A stretch of 15,143 nucleotides of DNA from Chlamydiota bacterium (GTDB taxonomy: Bacteria > Auribacterota > Tritonobacteria > UBA1439): assembly GCA_037133055.1 (NCBI GenBank), contig JBAXOY010000078.1, positions 1-15,143 on the forward strand, given 5' to 3'. A model generated the notes under the pieces. The model did no database searches and was not told the origin of the DNA. It saw only the letters and a program-made list of their open reading frames with translations. A program made the translations under genes and the position numbers. Position 1 is the first letter of the stretch, and each line of letters opens with the position of its first letter. This document shows positions 1 to 8,250 of this stretch, in pieces.

Positions 1-66
1 AAACGGGGCGGGAATGACATCCGGAAGAAGATACCCCCCGTAAGTGACCCAGTACCCCCTGCCCGC

Positions 67-495
67 TTATTTCCCCTTCGACTGCAGCGTTTTTACGGCG
101 GCCGGCGTGGAGGGAGAGTTGAAACTGGGAGGGACGCGGAGCTCGCACTTCATCTCCAGATGCTTGAGCGCCTCGTAGCTTTTGTACTTTCCCCCGCACC
201 ATTCCGTGAGCTTCCCATCGATGAACCAGGCCCTGACCACGTGCGTGGTCGGGTATTTGATCCAGCCGTAGTCGTCGAGGTAGTTGGGTATCCCCATGGT
301 CTCTTTCGAATAGTCGATCACCTGGACAAAACTGCCCCCCGCCTTCTCCGAATACACCGCTTTGGGCGCGCCGAACAGGTCGTTGACCTGCTGCTCGCTC
401 ATCCCCACCTTCAGCTTTTCAGTTCTGAACATCGCGCAGCCGCAGACGAGCGCCGCGACGAGCACGGATGCTCCCGCATACATCATTTTTCTCAT
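67..495 (-). CDS. Lipoprotein with SmpA/OmlA (BamE-like) motif, 142 aa
   Basis: Start reassigned to ATG at 495 because AGGAGG (501-506) lies just upstream. N-terminus MRKMMYAGASVLVAALVCGC is a lipobox-type signal, followed by LKVGMSEQQVNDLFGAP, typical of the SmpA/OmlA domain start. Confidence 0.7.
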   Translation of the reverse strand: MRKMMYAGASVLVAALVCGCAMFRTEKLKVGMSEQQVNDLFGAPKAVYSEKAGGSFVQVIDYSKETMGIPNYLDDYGWIKYPTTHVVRAWFIDGKLTEWCGGKYKSYEALKHLEMKCELRVPPSFNSPSTPAAVKTLQSKGK

Positions 496-516
496 GGCCC
501 CCTCCTTTCCCTGCGA

Positions 517-526
517 ATGGTACCAT
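517..526 (-). promoter_or_regulatory. Putative extended -10 (TGgTACCAT) for the lipoprotein gene, within the perfect palindrome ATGGTACCAT
   Basis: TGn plus 4/6 match to TATAAT, about 22 nt upstream of the ATG at 495. Confidence 0.35.
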
Positions 527-554
527 AATGCCCTGGGATACCGGAAGGCCGGAG

Positions 555-2681
555 TCATTTTGCGCTCCCGCCCGGAGGCGCATCCGTCGACGGGCGGTCC
601 CGCCGGTAGATCTCCACGAAGTCGACGCCGCATATCGATATCGCGTGGGCCCGCCGCAGTTTCGCCGCCTCCCGTACCGATTCCCGCTCCACGGACCGAT
701 CCTTGTGCGCGAGGGGAATCACCAGCCAGTCGACGGTCGAGGGGTTCTCACGATTGATGCGCGGGGTGAACGCGGCCCGCGGGGTGTCGCGCTCCCAGTG
801 GAAACGGAACTCCCCGCTGATGCCGGCGGCGAATATCGTTTCGCCCTTTCGCGCATTGGCCTTGAGATACCGGACCGCTTCCTTCGTCCCCACGCCGAAC
901 CCCGTCGACACCATGCGGGATACCCCGGCCGGCCCGCCCATGAGGGGACTGCAGTAGATGTCGTAATAGGGAGCAATATAAAGGAGCGGGAGCGCGCACA
1001 GCCCCGCGACAATTACGCCCGACACCGCGCGCCATGTCGGGAATGACGACGGGGCGCGGCCTCGTGCCACGGCGGCATCGAGCGCGTTGAGTATTCCCTC
1101 GATGCCGAGCCCCGCGATCAGGCAGAGAAACGGAAGCGCGGGATCGATATAGCGCGCGGCCATCTTGTTCCCAAAGCTCATCGCGGTGATGAATACGAGG
1201 GGGGCTAGGAGACTCATGAGGCACGCGTCCCAGCCCGTCTCCCGGCGGACTATCGCACGGCACAGCGGCACGAGGCCCAGGGCCATCAGGGCAAGCATGA
1301 GCGGGGGGGTTTTTACCACGAACATGAACAGGTAGAACCAGTACGGGGGTGCGAGGGTGGTCCCGCCCATCCAGAATTTTTCGTGTCCCCTCTGCCCCAG
1401 GTACGTCATCACCGCGGTGTGAAACACCTCGTTGATCATCGCCGTGCGGAATACCTGCACAAACGCGAGAACGAGGAGGGCGATGAACGCCGCACGGACG
1501 GGCAGAACGAGATCCATCCACCGGGGCCAACCGGCCGACTTCGAGCGCCCTGCGACAAGGGCATAGAGGAGGTATGCGCACACGAGGACGCCGAGGATCT
1601 GCAGCCAGGGGAACGATCCCACCGCGCCGACCGTAACGATGACCGCCCGCGAGAACGGGACCCTCCGGAGAAACTGCCCGTAGACGATCCAGGGGGGGCC
1701 GAACGGCGCGTACCAGAGCTTGGTGAAAAGCGCGAGGTACGTGCCAAGGCCGATCCCCAGCCATGCGAGATCGCTCGATTCGATGAGGCGCATCGTTCCC
1801 CTCCGATCCCGGAGCCGCAGGATCGTCTTCCATGCGATAAGGCAGGGCACAATCATAACGGCGGCGATTTTGGTGAGCAGCCCCAGACCGAAGAAGGCGG
1901 CGGAGACGATCTTCCAGCGGATACGCATGCGCCGCGCATACATGAGGTAGCACAGCAGCGACAGCATGAAGAAGAGCGTGAGCGTCGAATCCACGTGGGC
2001 GATGCGGGAGAGACCAATATGCTCCGGGTACAGGGCGAGAACTACCGCACCCCAGAACGCGGCCCCTTCGCCGAGGGCTGCGCGGGCGAAAAGATAGAGG
2101 AGAAGGCAGGTCAGGGTGCCGATGAGCGCGGCGGGGAGACGCGCGGCGACGAGGGGGGACAGAAGGGCATACGAGAACGTCGAGCCGCCCTCCCCCAGAT
2201 ACACGCAGGAGGAGCCGATGAGCGCGGCGGAAACGAGCCCGGGGTAACTGAGACGGGCGGTCGCGCTCTTGAACTCGCGCACCCGCACCTCGAAGATGAG
2301 CGTCCTTCCGTTGTCTATCCAGGTGAGCTCGTCCGGGAAAAGGCTGTGCCCCCCGAGGTCATACATGCGGGGGATGGCGGCGGTGAGCGCGATGAGACCG
2401 CCGAGCAGGAGCGGGCGCCTGTTCCGCTCCCCCCAGCGCCTCAGCCGCCCCGCCGGATCAGGGCGTCCGAGAACGAATCTGAGCGCGAGCGCGATAAGGA
2501 GAACGCGGAACGGGTCGGCGATGTGACTGCACGAGAATCCGATCCGGCCCATACCGGGCATGGGGAGTCCGCAGTCCAGGTCGATTGTGCCGGCGAAGAA
2601 GATGTAGAGGAAGACACAGAGCGACACCCCTGTCGTGACGTCGAGCGCGCGAACAAGATACCTATTGCCGGTAAGTTTCAT
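555..2681 (-). CDS. GT-C glycosyltransferase, family 39 / ArnT-PMT_2-like membrane protein, 708 aa
   Basis: Motifs RMYDLGGHSLFPDELTW, ARLPAALIG, SRIAHVDSTLTLF, GLGLLTK and ARYIDPALPFLCL, with many TM segments. Start set at ATG 2681 (AAGGA upstream); the longer ORF start overlaps exbD. Confidence 0.85.
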   Translation of the reverse strand: MKLTGNRYLVRALDVTTGVSLCVFLYIFFAGTIDLDCGLPMPGMGRIGFSCSHIADPFRVLLIALALRFVLGRPDPAGRLRRWGERNRRPLLLGGLIALTAAIPRMYDLGGHSLFPDELTWIDNGRTLIFEVRVREFKSATARLSYPGLVSAALIGSSCVYLGEGGSTFSYALLSPLVAARLPAALIGTLTCLLLYLFARAALGEGAAFWGAVVLALYPEHIGLSRIAHVDSTLTLFFMLSLLCYLMYARRMRIRWKIVSAAFFGLGLLTKIAAVMIVPCLIAWKTILRLRDRRGTMRLIESSDLAWLGIGLGTYLALFTKLWYAPFGPPWIVYGQFLRRVPFSRAVIVTVGAVGSFPWLQILGVLVCAYLLYALVAGRSKSAGWPRWMDLVLPVRAAFIALLVLAFVQVFRTAMINEVFHTAVMTYLGQRGHEKFWMGGTTLAPPYWFYLFMFVVKTPPLMLALMALGLVPLCRAIVRRETGWDACLMSLLAPLVFITAMSFGNKMAARYIDPALPFLCLIAGLGIEGILNALDAAVARGRAPSSFPTWRAVSGVIVAGLCALPLLYIAPYYDIYCSPLMGGPAGVSRMVSTGFGVGTKEAVRYLKANARKGETIFAAGISGEFRFHWERDTPRAAFTPRINRENPSTVDWLVIPLAHKDRSVERESVREAAKLRRAHAISICGVDFVEIYRRDRPSTDAPPGGSAK

Positions 2682-2732
2682 AGTCCTTTTACGCCGGTCA
2701 GGCCGTCGGCGGTGCTGCCCGGGCGGGGAACG

Positions 2733-2753
2733 GCGGGCTGAAGCCCGCACTGC
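2733..2753 (-). repeat. Single REP-like hairpin (GCAGT-GCGGGC-TTCA-GCCCGC), GTAG-family-like
   Basis: Perfect 6-bp GC stem with 4-nt loop, preceded by GCAG (one mismatch from GTAG), in the exbD-GT39 intergenic gap. Confidence 0.45.
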
Positions 2754-2784
2754 AGATGAGAGGGAAAGGCCGTCCAATCCCTCC

Positions 2785-3192
2785 CTATTCTTCCGTGGCC
2801 AGCGACACATCGTTGATCCCCGCCTCCTGGCACGCGTTCAGAACCGCCACGATGTTTTCGTGGTACGCCTTCGCGTCGCCGCGCACGAAGACCCTCGGTT
2901 TGCGCGCCTCCGCCATCGCCGCCTTGAGCCGTTTCGGCAGCTCCTCGATTGTGACCGGCGCGCCGCCCATGGTGATCTCCCCCCCCTTCGACACCGTGAC
3001 GGCGACGGGCTGAATGTCCATCGACACCGTTTCCGAGGACTTTGCCTTCGGAAGGTTTACCTGGAGCTCGCGCTGGACCCTCTGGAACGACGTGGCGACC
3101 AGGAAGAAGACGAGGAGATTGAAGACGACGTCGATCAGCGGCGTCATGTTCATCTCATCGCCTTCCGTCGACTTCCTCCGCACGAGTCTCAT
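2785..3192 (-). CDS. exbD: Biopolymer transporter ExbD/TolR
   Basis: NMTPLIDVVFNLLVFF with the essential TM Asp; C-terminal VFVRGDAKAYHENIVAVLNACQEAGI; ATGA overlap with exbB. Confidence 0.93.
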   Translation of the reverse strand: MRLVRRKSTEGDEMNMTPLIDVVFNLLVFFLVATSFQRVQRELQVNLPKAKSSETVSMDIQPVAVTVSKGGEITMGGAPVTIEELPKRLKAAMAEARKPRVFVRGDAKAYHENIVAVLNACQEAGINDVSLATEE

Positions 3193-3914
3193 TGCCCGCC
3201 CCTCCTCTCGAAGAGGTCCTCGAGGAACATCCTGAGCGTGATCTCCATCCGCTCGGAGATCCTCCCCTCCAGGAGGCCCCGGAAATAGTGGTAGAAGGCG
3301 AGCGCGGGGATGGCAATGAGAAGCCCCGAGGCGGTAGTGATAAGCGCCTCCGAGATGCCCGCGGCGAGGAGATCTGCCCTTCCCAGACCCGACTCAGAGG
3401 CCACCACGTTGAACGCCTTGATGATCCCGAAGATCGTCCCCAGGAGACCAAGGAGCGGGCTGATGTTCGAGATCACGAGGAGGGGCTTGATCCGCAGGGC
3501 GAGATCGTCCATCTCCCGCGCGCCGAGGTCCTCCACGGTGCTCCGGATCAGCGCGTTCGAGACCGACGGGCGCTCGTTCAGCGTCAGGGCGATGGTGAAC
3601 ACCGACGCGGCCGGGTTCCGGTGCTCCCGGCAGTAGTCCATCGCCCGTCCGTATTCGCCGGCCGACACGAGCGCGCGCACCTCCTTGGCGAACTTGAGCG
3701 GGACCACCCGGTCTGGGCGCATCGCGATGAACCGCTCCACGGCGAAGCCGAGCGCCAGTATGGAGCAGGCCAGGAGCGGCCACATCAGCACGCCCCCCTT
3801 CTGGAACTCCTCGTACCGCAGAGAGAACCATGAATCCGCGGCGCAGTACGCGGGAACCGCCGCCGCGCCGAGAAGCACCGCGCACACCGCCCACCCGCGC
3901 GTTCCATGTCTCAT
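3189..3914 (-). CDS. exbB: MotA/TolQ/ExbB proton channel family protein, with a probable N-terminal signal peptide
   Basis: GGVLMWPLLACS, SPLLGLLGTIFGIIKAF and GISEALITTASGLLIAIPA signature helices; adjacent to exbD. Confidence 0.92.
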   Translation of the reverse strand: MRHGTRGWAVCAVLLGAAAVPAYCAADSWFSLRYEEFQKGGVLMWPLLACSILALGFAVERFIAMRPDRVVPLKFAKEVRALVSAGEYGRAMDYCREHRNPAASVFTIALTLNERPSVSNALIRSTVEDLGAREMDDLALRIKPLLVISNISPLLGLLGTIFGIIKAFNVVASESGLGRADLLAAGISEALITTASGLLIAIPALAFYHYFRGLLEGRISERMEITLRMFLEDLFERRGGQ

Positions 3915-4960
3915 CGTGCACCCCCCTTCCCTTTTCCCCCGTCGGCGCCGGGGCGCTCACGCGCCCCGTTCGCCTCGGGCTTTTTCGTCCCCTGTGCCTG
4001 CCGCTTCTTCTCCGCCGCCGTCACCGTGAACGCGGGCCCCTTGTAGGACCAGACGGGACTGAACACCACCCGCTCGATCCCGTCGGGGTCGGCCTTCGAC
4101 GAGGAGTAATAGTCCTCCTCGGCCGCGATGATCGCCGCCATGGCGGCGACCGTGGGCGAGAGATAGGACCGCGCGGGCCCGTCCCCCGGCTCGCTGAGCG
4201 CCACGACCGCCGTCCCGGCGGCGGGCATCGCCGCGCGCTTCCCTTTCACCGCCCGCCCGGCGCGCGAGGAGAGGTTCTTGAACTGTCCCGGCGTGAGAAG
4301 CCATTGCGAGGTGAACTGGAGATTGAAATCGCTCACCTTCCTGCTCCCGTACCCGATCTCCATCTTGAACTGGTCCATCAGGCGCCCGATCTCGAAATCC
4401 GAGCATTTCCTGAGGTCGATCACCCGCTGGTAGCCGACCGCGCCCTCCTCCGCCTGCGCGGCCTCGCCGCTGACGACGTCTGCCTCCCTGGAGACCCAGG
4501 CGCGCGCGTCGATTTGTCGGTCCGCGAGAATCTCCCTGAGACGCGCTTCTTTCGTTTTTGCCGACTTCTCCGCGGTCTGGGGGGAGAGAACCTGCGAGAG
4601 CTTCCGCGACAGCTCCTCTTTGCCGTAGACCGGCCGCCGCCCGGGGGCCTTCTCCGCCGGCTTCGCCTGCGCCGCCTTCTCCGCCGGCTTCGCCTGCGCC
4701 GCCTTCACCGCCGCCGGGGCCTTCACGGCCGAGGGCGCGCCTCCCGCGGGACGGGGCCTGAGCCTGAGCGAAACCGCCCTCGTTCCGGCCGGCCTCAGAC
4801 GGGCGGGCTTCGCGGACCAGGGCGGCCCGAAGGAGAAGAGGACCAGGAAATGCGCCGCGAACGAAGCGGCGAGGCAGAGGGCGAGGACCCTGCGGCGGCG
4901 CCGCCTCTCCCCGGCGCGCCACTCCTGCTCCCCGGCCTGCACCGCGTTTAACGTGCTCAT
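3911..4960 (-). CDS. Single-pass membrane protein, TonB/TolA-like energy transducer candidate with unrecognised C-terminal domain, 349 aa
   Basis: Poly-Arg stretch, then TM helix with SFAAH (SxxxH), then Ala/Lys/Pro linker with AAQAKPAEK repeats; ATGA-coupled to both neighbours. Confidence 0.7.
   Translation of the reverse strand: MSTLNAVQAGEQEWRAGERRRRRRVLALCLAASFAAHFLVLFSFGPPWSAKPARLRPAGTRAVSLRLRPRPAGGAPSAVKAPAAVKAAQAKPAEKAAQAKPAEKAPGRRPVYGKEELSRKLSQVLSPQTAEKSAKTKEARLREILADRQIDARAWVSREADVVSGEAAQAEEGAVGYQRVIDLRKCSDFEIGRLMDQFKMEIGYGSRKVSDFNLQFTSQWLLTPGQFKNLSSRAGRAVKGKRAAMPAAGTAVVALSEPGDGPARSYLSPTVAAMAAIIAAEEDYYSSSKADPDGIERVVFSPVWSYKGPAFTVTAAEKKRQAQGTKKPEANGARERPGADGGKGKGGAR
4647..4706. repeat. 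27-bp tandem repeat (2.2 copies) encoding AAQAKPAEK
   Basis: gccttctccgccggcttcgcctgcgcc at 4647-4673 and 4674-4700, plus a partial third copy. Confidence 0.9.
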
Positions 4961-7524
4961 TCCTCCACGACCCAGTCTTCCTCGGCCTGCTCCGCCGCTT
5001 CCTCCCCTTCCTTGAGCTGCTCCTCGGAGTCGTCCTTGACCTCCTTCGCCTTGTCGATCGTCTCGGACGCCTTATCCTTCGCCTCGTCGTACTCGGCGCG
5101 CTCGAACCGGTCGTTCGCCTCCTTCAGGAGGTCCTTCGCCTCGTCCAGGGCCGTGCGCAGGTCGTCAAACTCCTGGTCGAGCTTATCCTCGGTCTCCTCC
5201 ACCGCGTCCTCGGCATCCCGGACGGCGCTGTCGGCATCATCGATCTCCTTCTGCGCGTTCTCCCGCTGGCCCCCGGCCACGCCGAGGAGCTTCTCCGCCT
5301 CCTCGCGCGCGTCCTCGGCCTTGCCGAGGGCGTCGCGGGCCTTCTTTTCCGCGTCATCGAGCGTGCCACTCTCGATGAGCCCGGCCGCGTCGTCGGCGAG
5401 GTCCGTCGCCCTGTCGAGAAGGGCGCGCGCGTCGCGCATGTCGATCTTCTCCCCCTCCCCGCGATCGATCAGTTCCGTAACCGCATCGATTTCATCGCGG
5501 GCATTTTTAAGCGTGTCCTCCGCGCCCCCGCCCCCGCCCTCGCCCCCACGCACCGCCGCGAGATCGAGTTTTTCGGCGAGGGAACCCCTGAGGCGGGCAA
5601 TCTCCATCCCGGGGAACGTGTCCTTCAGCCCGAAATAGAAATCGATCCTTTTCCTCAACACCAGGTCCGGCCCGTCCACGTCGAGGACCTCGTTCTTCAG
5701 GAGGTCTCGGAAGATCCGGTCGATCTTCTGGTAGCCGCGCTGCGATGTCTCGTACCACGCGAGCGCGATCAGGAGCTGCGCCCGGTCCCGCAGATCGTCG
5801 TCGGGTTTCGCCGCGAGCAGCTCGTCGCAGCGCGCGTAGACCGTCGCCTCGTCGCCCACGAACGAGGCCTCGTACGCTCCCCGGAGGAGCAGCAGGAGCG
5901 CGCCCCGCTGCTGCGCCTTCCGCTGCGCGTAGAGATCGAGCATCTTCCCCGCCTCTCCCGCAAGGGCGCTCCGGGGGTGCTTCTCCACGACCATGCGGAA
6001 CTGCTTCACCGCCTTGTCGTACTCCTCAACCTCGTAGAGCTCCTTGCCTTTGGCGAAAAGCCTGATCGCCTCGGCTTCCTGCGCGGCCTCGCGCACGGCG
6101 CGGTCGCCGGGCGCCCGGCGCTCGCTGAGGGAGAGCGACCTCGTGGCGGCTTCGATATCCCCGGCGGCGATCGAACCGACGGCCGCCCGGAACAGCTCCT
6201 CCGACGCCAGCGCGTCCGGCGGGATATCCCGCATCGCGCCGGCGACCTGGGCGATCCGGGCCTGGCTCGACTTCCTCAGGCCCCCCGCCCCTTCCGGGAC
6301 GGCCGCGTAGAGGGCGGCGGCCCTCATGAGGGCATCGTTCGCGGCGAACGGCTTCCCTTCGAGGCGGGCCTTGCCGGCGGACGCCTCAAGCCTGTTCGCC
6401 TCGCGGTAGACCCGCCACGCGTTCTCGGGCACGTCCATGTCCCTGAGCTCGTTCAGGCCGTAGAGGGCGCCGATCGCCCCGGTCGTCCGGTCGGGCTGGT
6501 ATCCCTCCCGCAGGAGGATCGCGAGCGCAGTCCGCGCGCTGTCCTTCAAGCCGGAATCGACGCATCGCTGGGCGAACGCCGAGAGGGCCGTCAGGAACAG
6601 CGCCTTCTGTTTCCCGCCCGCGGGGGAGGGAATCTCGACACCGGCGGCCCTCATCTCCTTATCGAGAGCCTCGAGGTCGCGCACGATCGCGTACCGCTCC
6701 AAGGCGGTCTCGATCGTGTCGATCTGCGGCGGCCCCGTTTCCCCCGCGATCAGGCGGTAGGCAGCCGCGGCCTCCGGCTGCATTCCGCGCCGGAGATAAA
6801 ACCCGCAGGCATCGCGATAAAAATCGTCGAGGGATTTCGGGCTCACCTGCGCCTTTCGCTCCGCCCCGACCGTCGCGAGCGCGTTCCGCACGAGGGACGC
6901 CGCGGCCTGCGCGGAGCCCGCCGCCGCCTGCCGCGTGATGGTGTTGTAGCCCCGCCCTGCGAGGTACTGCGCACGCACGGGCCCCGCCCAGCCGGACGAC
7001 CGGTCGAGAGCGCTTTTGAGCGCGGATGCGGGGTTGGCGAGGACCCTGGACGCCGCGGGCGGGGCGTCAAGGTCGGCGGGATGCGCCTCGATATCCCGCA
7101 GGAAGCGCTCCCTGATGCCGGCCGCGTCCGGCGGGGCCCACGCGGGCAGCGGAAAGCTCATCTCGATCAGGGTGCGCGTGAGGACGCCGAGACGATAGGC
7201 CATGTACGGGGATCGCTCGGAGGGAAAGAGTGCGCGGGCGAGCGCGATCTGCGCGGCGAGCGCGCCCGCGGCGGTCGCCGCGGCGTCAACGCCCGCGATG
7301 CCCGCGTAGGAGAACGCCGTCGCGGGCGCGGCGTCGAGCCCCTCGCGGAAATACTCCGGATGGGAGCGGAGGAAATTCGGGACGGCCCCCTCGAAGCCGG
7401 CGAGCGCCGCGGCGGTCACCCTGTCGACCACGATGTCCGCGCCGTGGGCGGGGCGGAGAATGAGGCAGAGGGCGCACGCGCAGAGCGCGGAGAGACAGGG
7501 GTGCGGTGCGGTGCGCGCGGCCAT
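4957..7524 (-). CDS. Large secreted TPR / helical-repeat protein, about 855 aa (alternative TTG start at 7533)
   Basis: Signal peptide ending AHG-A; TPR-like LFAKGKELYEVEEYDKAVKQFRMVVEKHPRSALA (BamD/CpoB-type); Gly linker GGEGGGGG; acidic Ala-rich helical C-terminal repeats; stop overlaps the next ATG. Confidence 0.85.
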   Translation of the reverse strand: MAARTAPHPCLSALCACALCLILRPAHGADIVVDRVTAAALAGFEGAVPNFLRSHPEYFREGLDAAPATAFSYAGIAGVDAAATAAGALAAQIALARALFPSERSPYMAYRLGVLTRTLIEMSFPLPAWAPPDAAGIRERFLRDIEAHPADLDAPPAASRVLANPASALKSALDRSSGWAGPVRAQYLAGRGYNTITRQAAAGSAQAAASLVRNALATVGAERKAQVSPKSLDDFYRDACGFYLRRGMQPEAAAAYRLIAGETGPPQIDTIETALERYAIVRDLEALDKEMRAAGVEIPSPAGGKQKALFLTALSAFAQRCVDSGLKDSARTALAILLREGYQPDRTTGAIGALYGLNELRDMDVPENAWRVYREANRLEASAGKARLEGKPFAANDALMRAAALYAAVPEGAGGLRKSSQARIAQVAGAMRDIPPDALASEELFRAAVGSIAAGDIEAATRSLSLSERRAPGDRAVREAAQEAEAIRLFAKGKELYEVEEYDKAVKQFRMVVEKHPRSALAGEAGKMLDLYAQRKAQQRGALLLLLRGAYEASFVGDEATVYARCDELLAAKPDDDLRDRAQLLIALAWYETSQRGYQKIDRIFRDLLKNEVLDVDGPDLVLRKRIDFYFGLKDTFPGMEIARLRGSLAEKLDLAAVRGGEGGGGGAEDTLKNARDEIDAVTELIDRGEGEKIDMRDARALLDRATDLADDAAGLIESGTLDDAEKKARDALGKAEDAREEAEKLLGVAGGQRENAQKEIDDADSAVRDAEDAVEETEDKLDQEFDDLRTALDEAKDLLKEANDRFERAEYDEAKDKASETIDKAKEVKDDSEEQLKEGEEAAEQAEEDWVVEE

Positions 7525-7568
7525 GCGGGTCAAACCCTATCCCCCGCGCCCCCGCGCGGGTTCCGGCC

Positions 7569-7579
7569 TGTGGTATAAT
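7569..7579 (+). promoter_or_regulatory. Extended -10 sigma70-type promoter (TGTGGTATAAT) for the ECF sigma gene
   Basis: Perfect TATAAT at 7574-7579 with TGTG extension, 72 nt before ATG 7652, standing out in a GC-rich background. Confidence 0.65.
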
Positions 7580-7614
7580 CCGGGCGATGTAACGGCGTCA
7601 TGGGGTCGGGTTCT

Positions 7615-7643
7615 ATGGTACTGCATGCGCGCCGGGTTTGGAA
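7615..7643 (-). promoter_or_regulatory. Putative sigma70 promoter TTCCAA-N17-TACCAT for the TPR-exbBD operon
   Basis: On the minus strand, -35 at 7643-7638, a 17-nt spacer and -10 at 7620-7615. Confidence 0.35.
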
Positions 7644-7651
7644 CGTAAAAC

Positions 7652-8233
7652 ATGGCCACCCACATTGCGCGGCTCCTCCAGGGCGACAAGGACGAGTGGG
7701 ACGAATTCGTCGATCGCTTCACTCCCGTCATCTGGGCCGCGGTGAAGGGCTCGATCTTCGCCCACGCGGGCTCGGTGAACGAGGAGGACGTGCGGGAGCT
7801 CGTCCAGTCCGTCTTCGTCCGCCTTGTCGCCCAGGAGTTCCGCCTGCTCAGGACCTACGACCCGGCGAGGGCGTCGCTCGTCACCTGGCTCACCATCGTC
7901 GCCAGGAGCGCGGCGATCGACTCCCTGCGGCGTCGGCGCCTTCAGGTCGTCCCGCTCGACGAGCGAGCGATGGATCCCCCTGCGCCCGAGGCGGTGTCCG
8001 ACTCCGGCATCGAGCTCCCGGGCAACCTGCTCTCGCCGCGCCAGAAGCTCGTTCTCCATCTCCTGTGCGATGACGGGATGGAAACGTCCGAGATCGCCTC
8101 GATGCTCGGCGTGGACGCGCAGACGGTGCGCAGCACGATCCACAAGGCGGTTTCCAAGCTGAGGAAGCATTTTAAAATCAGGAGCCTGAATCCCAGTTCC
8201 GGCGGGGATGTTTCGGCCGGATTATGCGTATAA
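7652..8233 (+). CDS. ECF-family RNA polymerase sigma-70 factor, 193 aa
   Basis: Region 2: DVRELVQSVFVRL...SLVTWLTIVARSAAIDSLRRR. Region 4: LSPRQKLVLHL...SEIASMLGVDAQTVRSTIHKAVSKLR. An in-frame TAA at 7646 fixes the start. Confidence 0.95.
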   Translation: MATHIARLLQGDKDEWDEFVDRFTPVIWAAVKGSIFAHAGSVNEEDVRELVQSVFVRLVAQEFRLLRTYDPARASLVTWLTIVARSAAIDSLRRRRLQVVPLDERAMDPPAPEAVSDSGIELPGNLLSPRQKLVLHLLCDDGMETSEIASMLGVDAQTVRSTIHKAVSKLRKHFKIRSLNPSSGGDVSAGLCV

Positions 8234-8234
8234 C
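8202..8234 (+). promoter_or_regulatory. Putative ECF promoter, copy 1: GCGGGGATG-N16-CGTATAAC, upstream of the anti-sigma gene
   Basis: Same boxes and spacing as the copy at 9816-9784 (minus strand); CGT-type -10; followed by GGAGG (8240-8244) and ATG 8251. Confidence 0.75.
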
Positions 8235-8250
8235 ATTGCGGAGGCGGATC

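Noticed and set aside
748..4951. Long alternative ORFs (748-1953, 1383-2741, 3192-3833, 3830-4951, 3957-4922)
   Set aside because: They overlap well-supported genes in other frames or strands and have low-information composition.
5977..7578. 533-aa plus-strand ORF
   Set aside because: Antisense shadow of the TPR gene; Arg/Gly-rich with no motifs, as expected in high-GC DNA.
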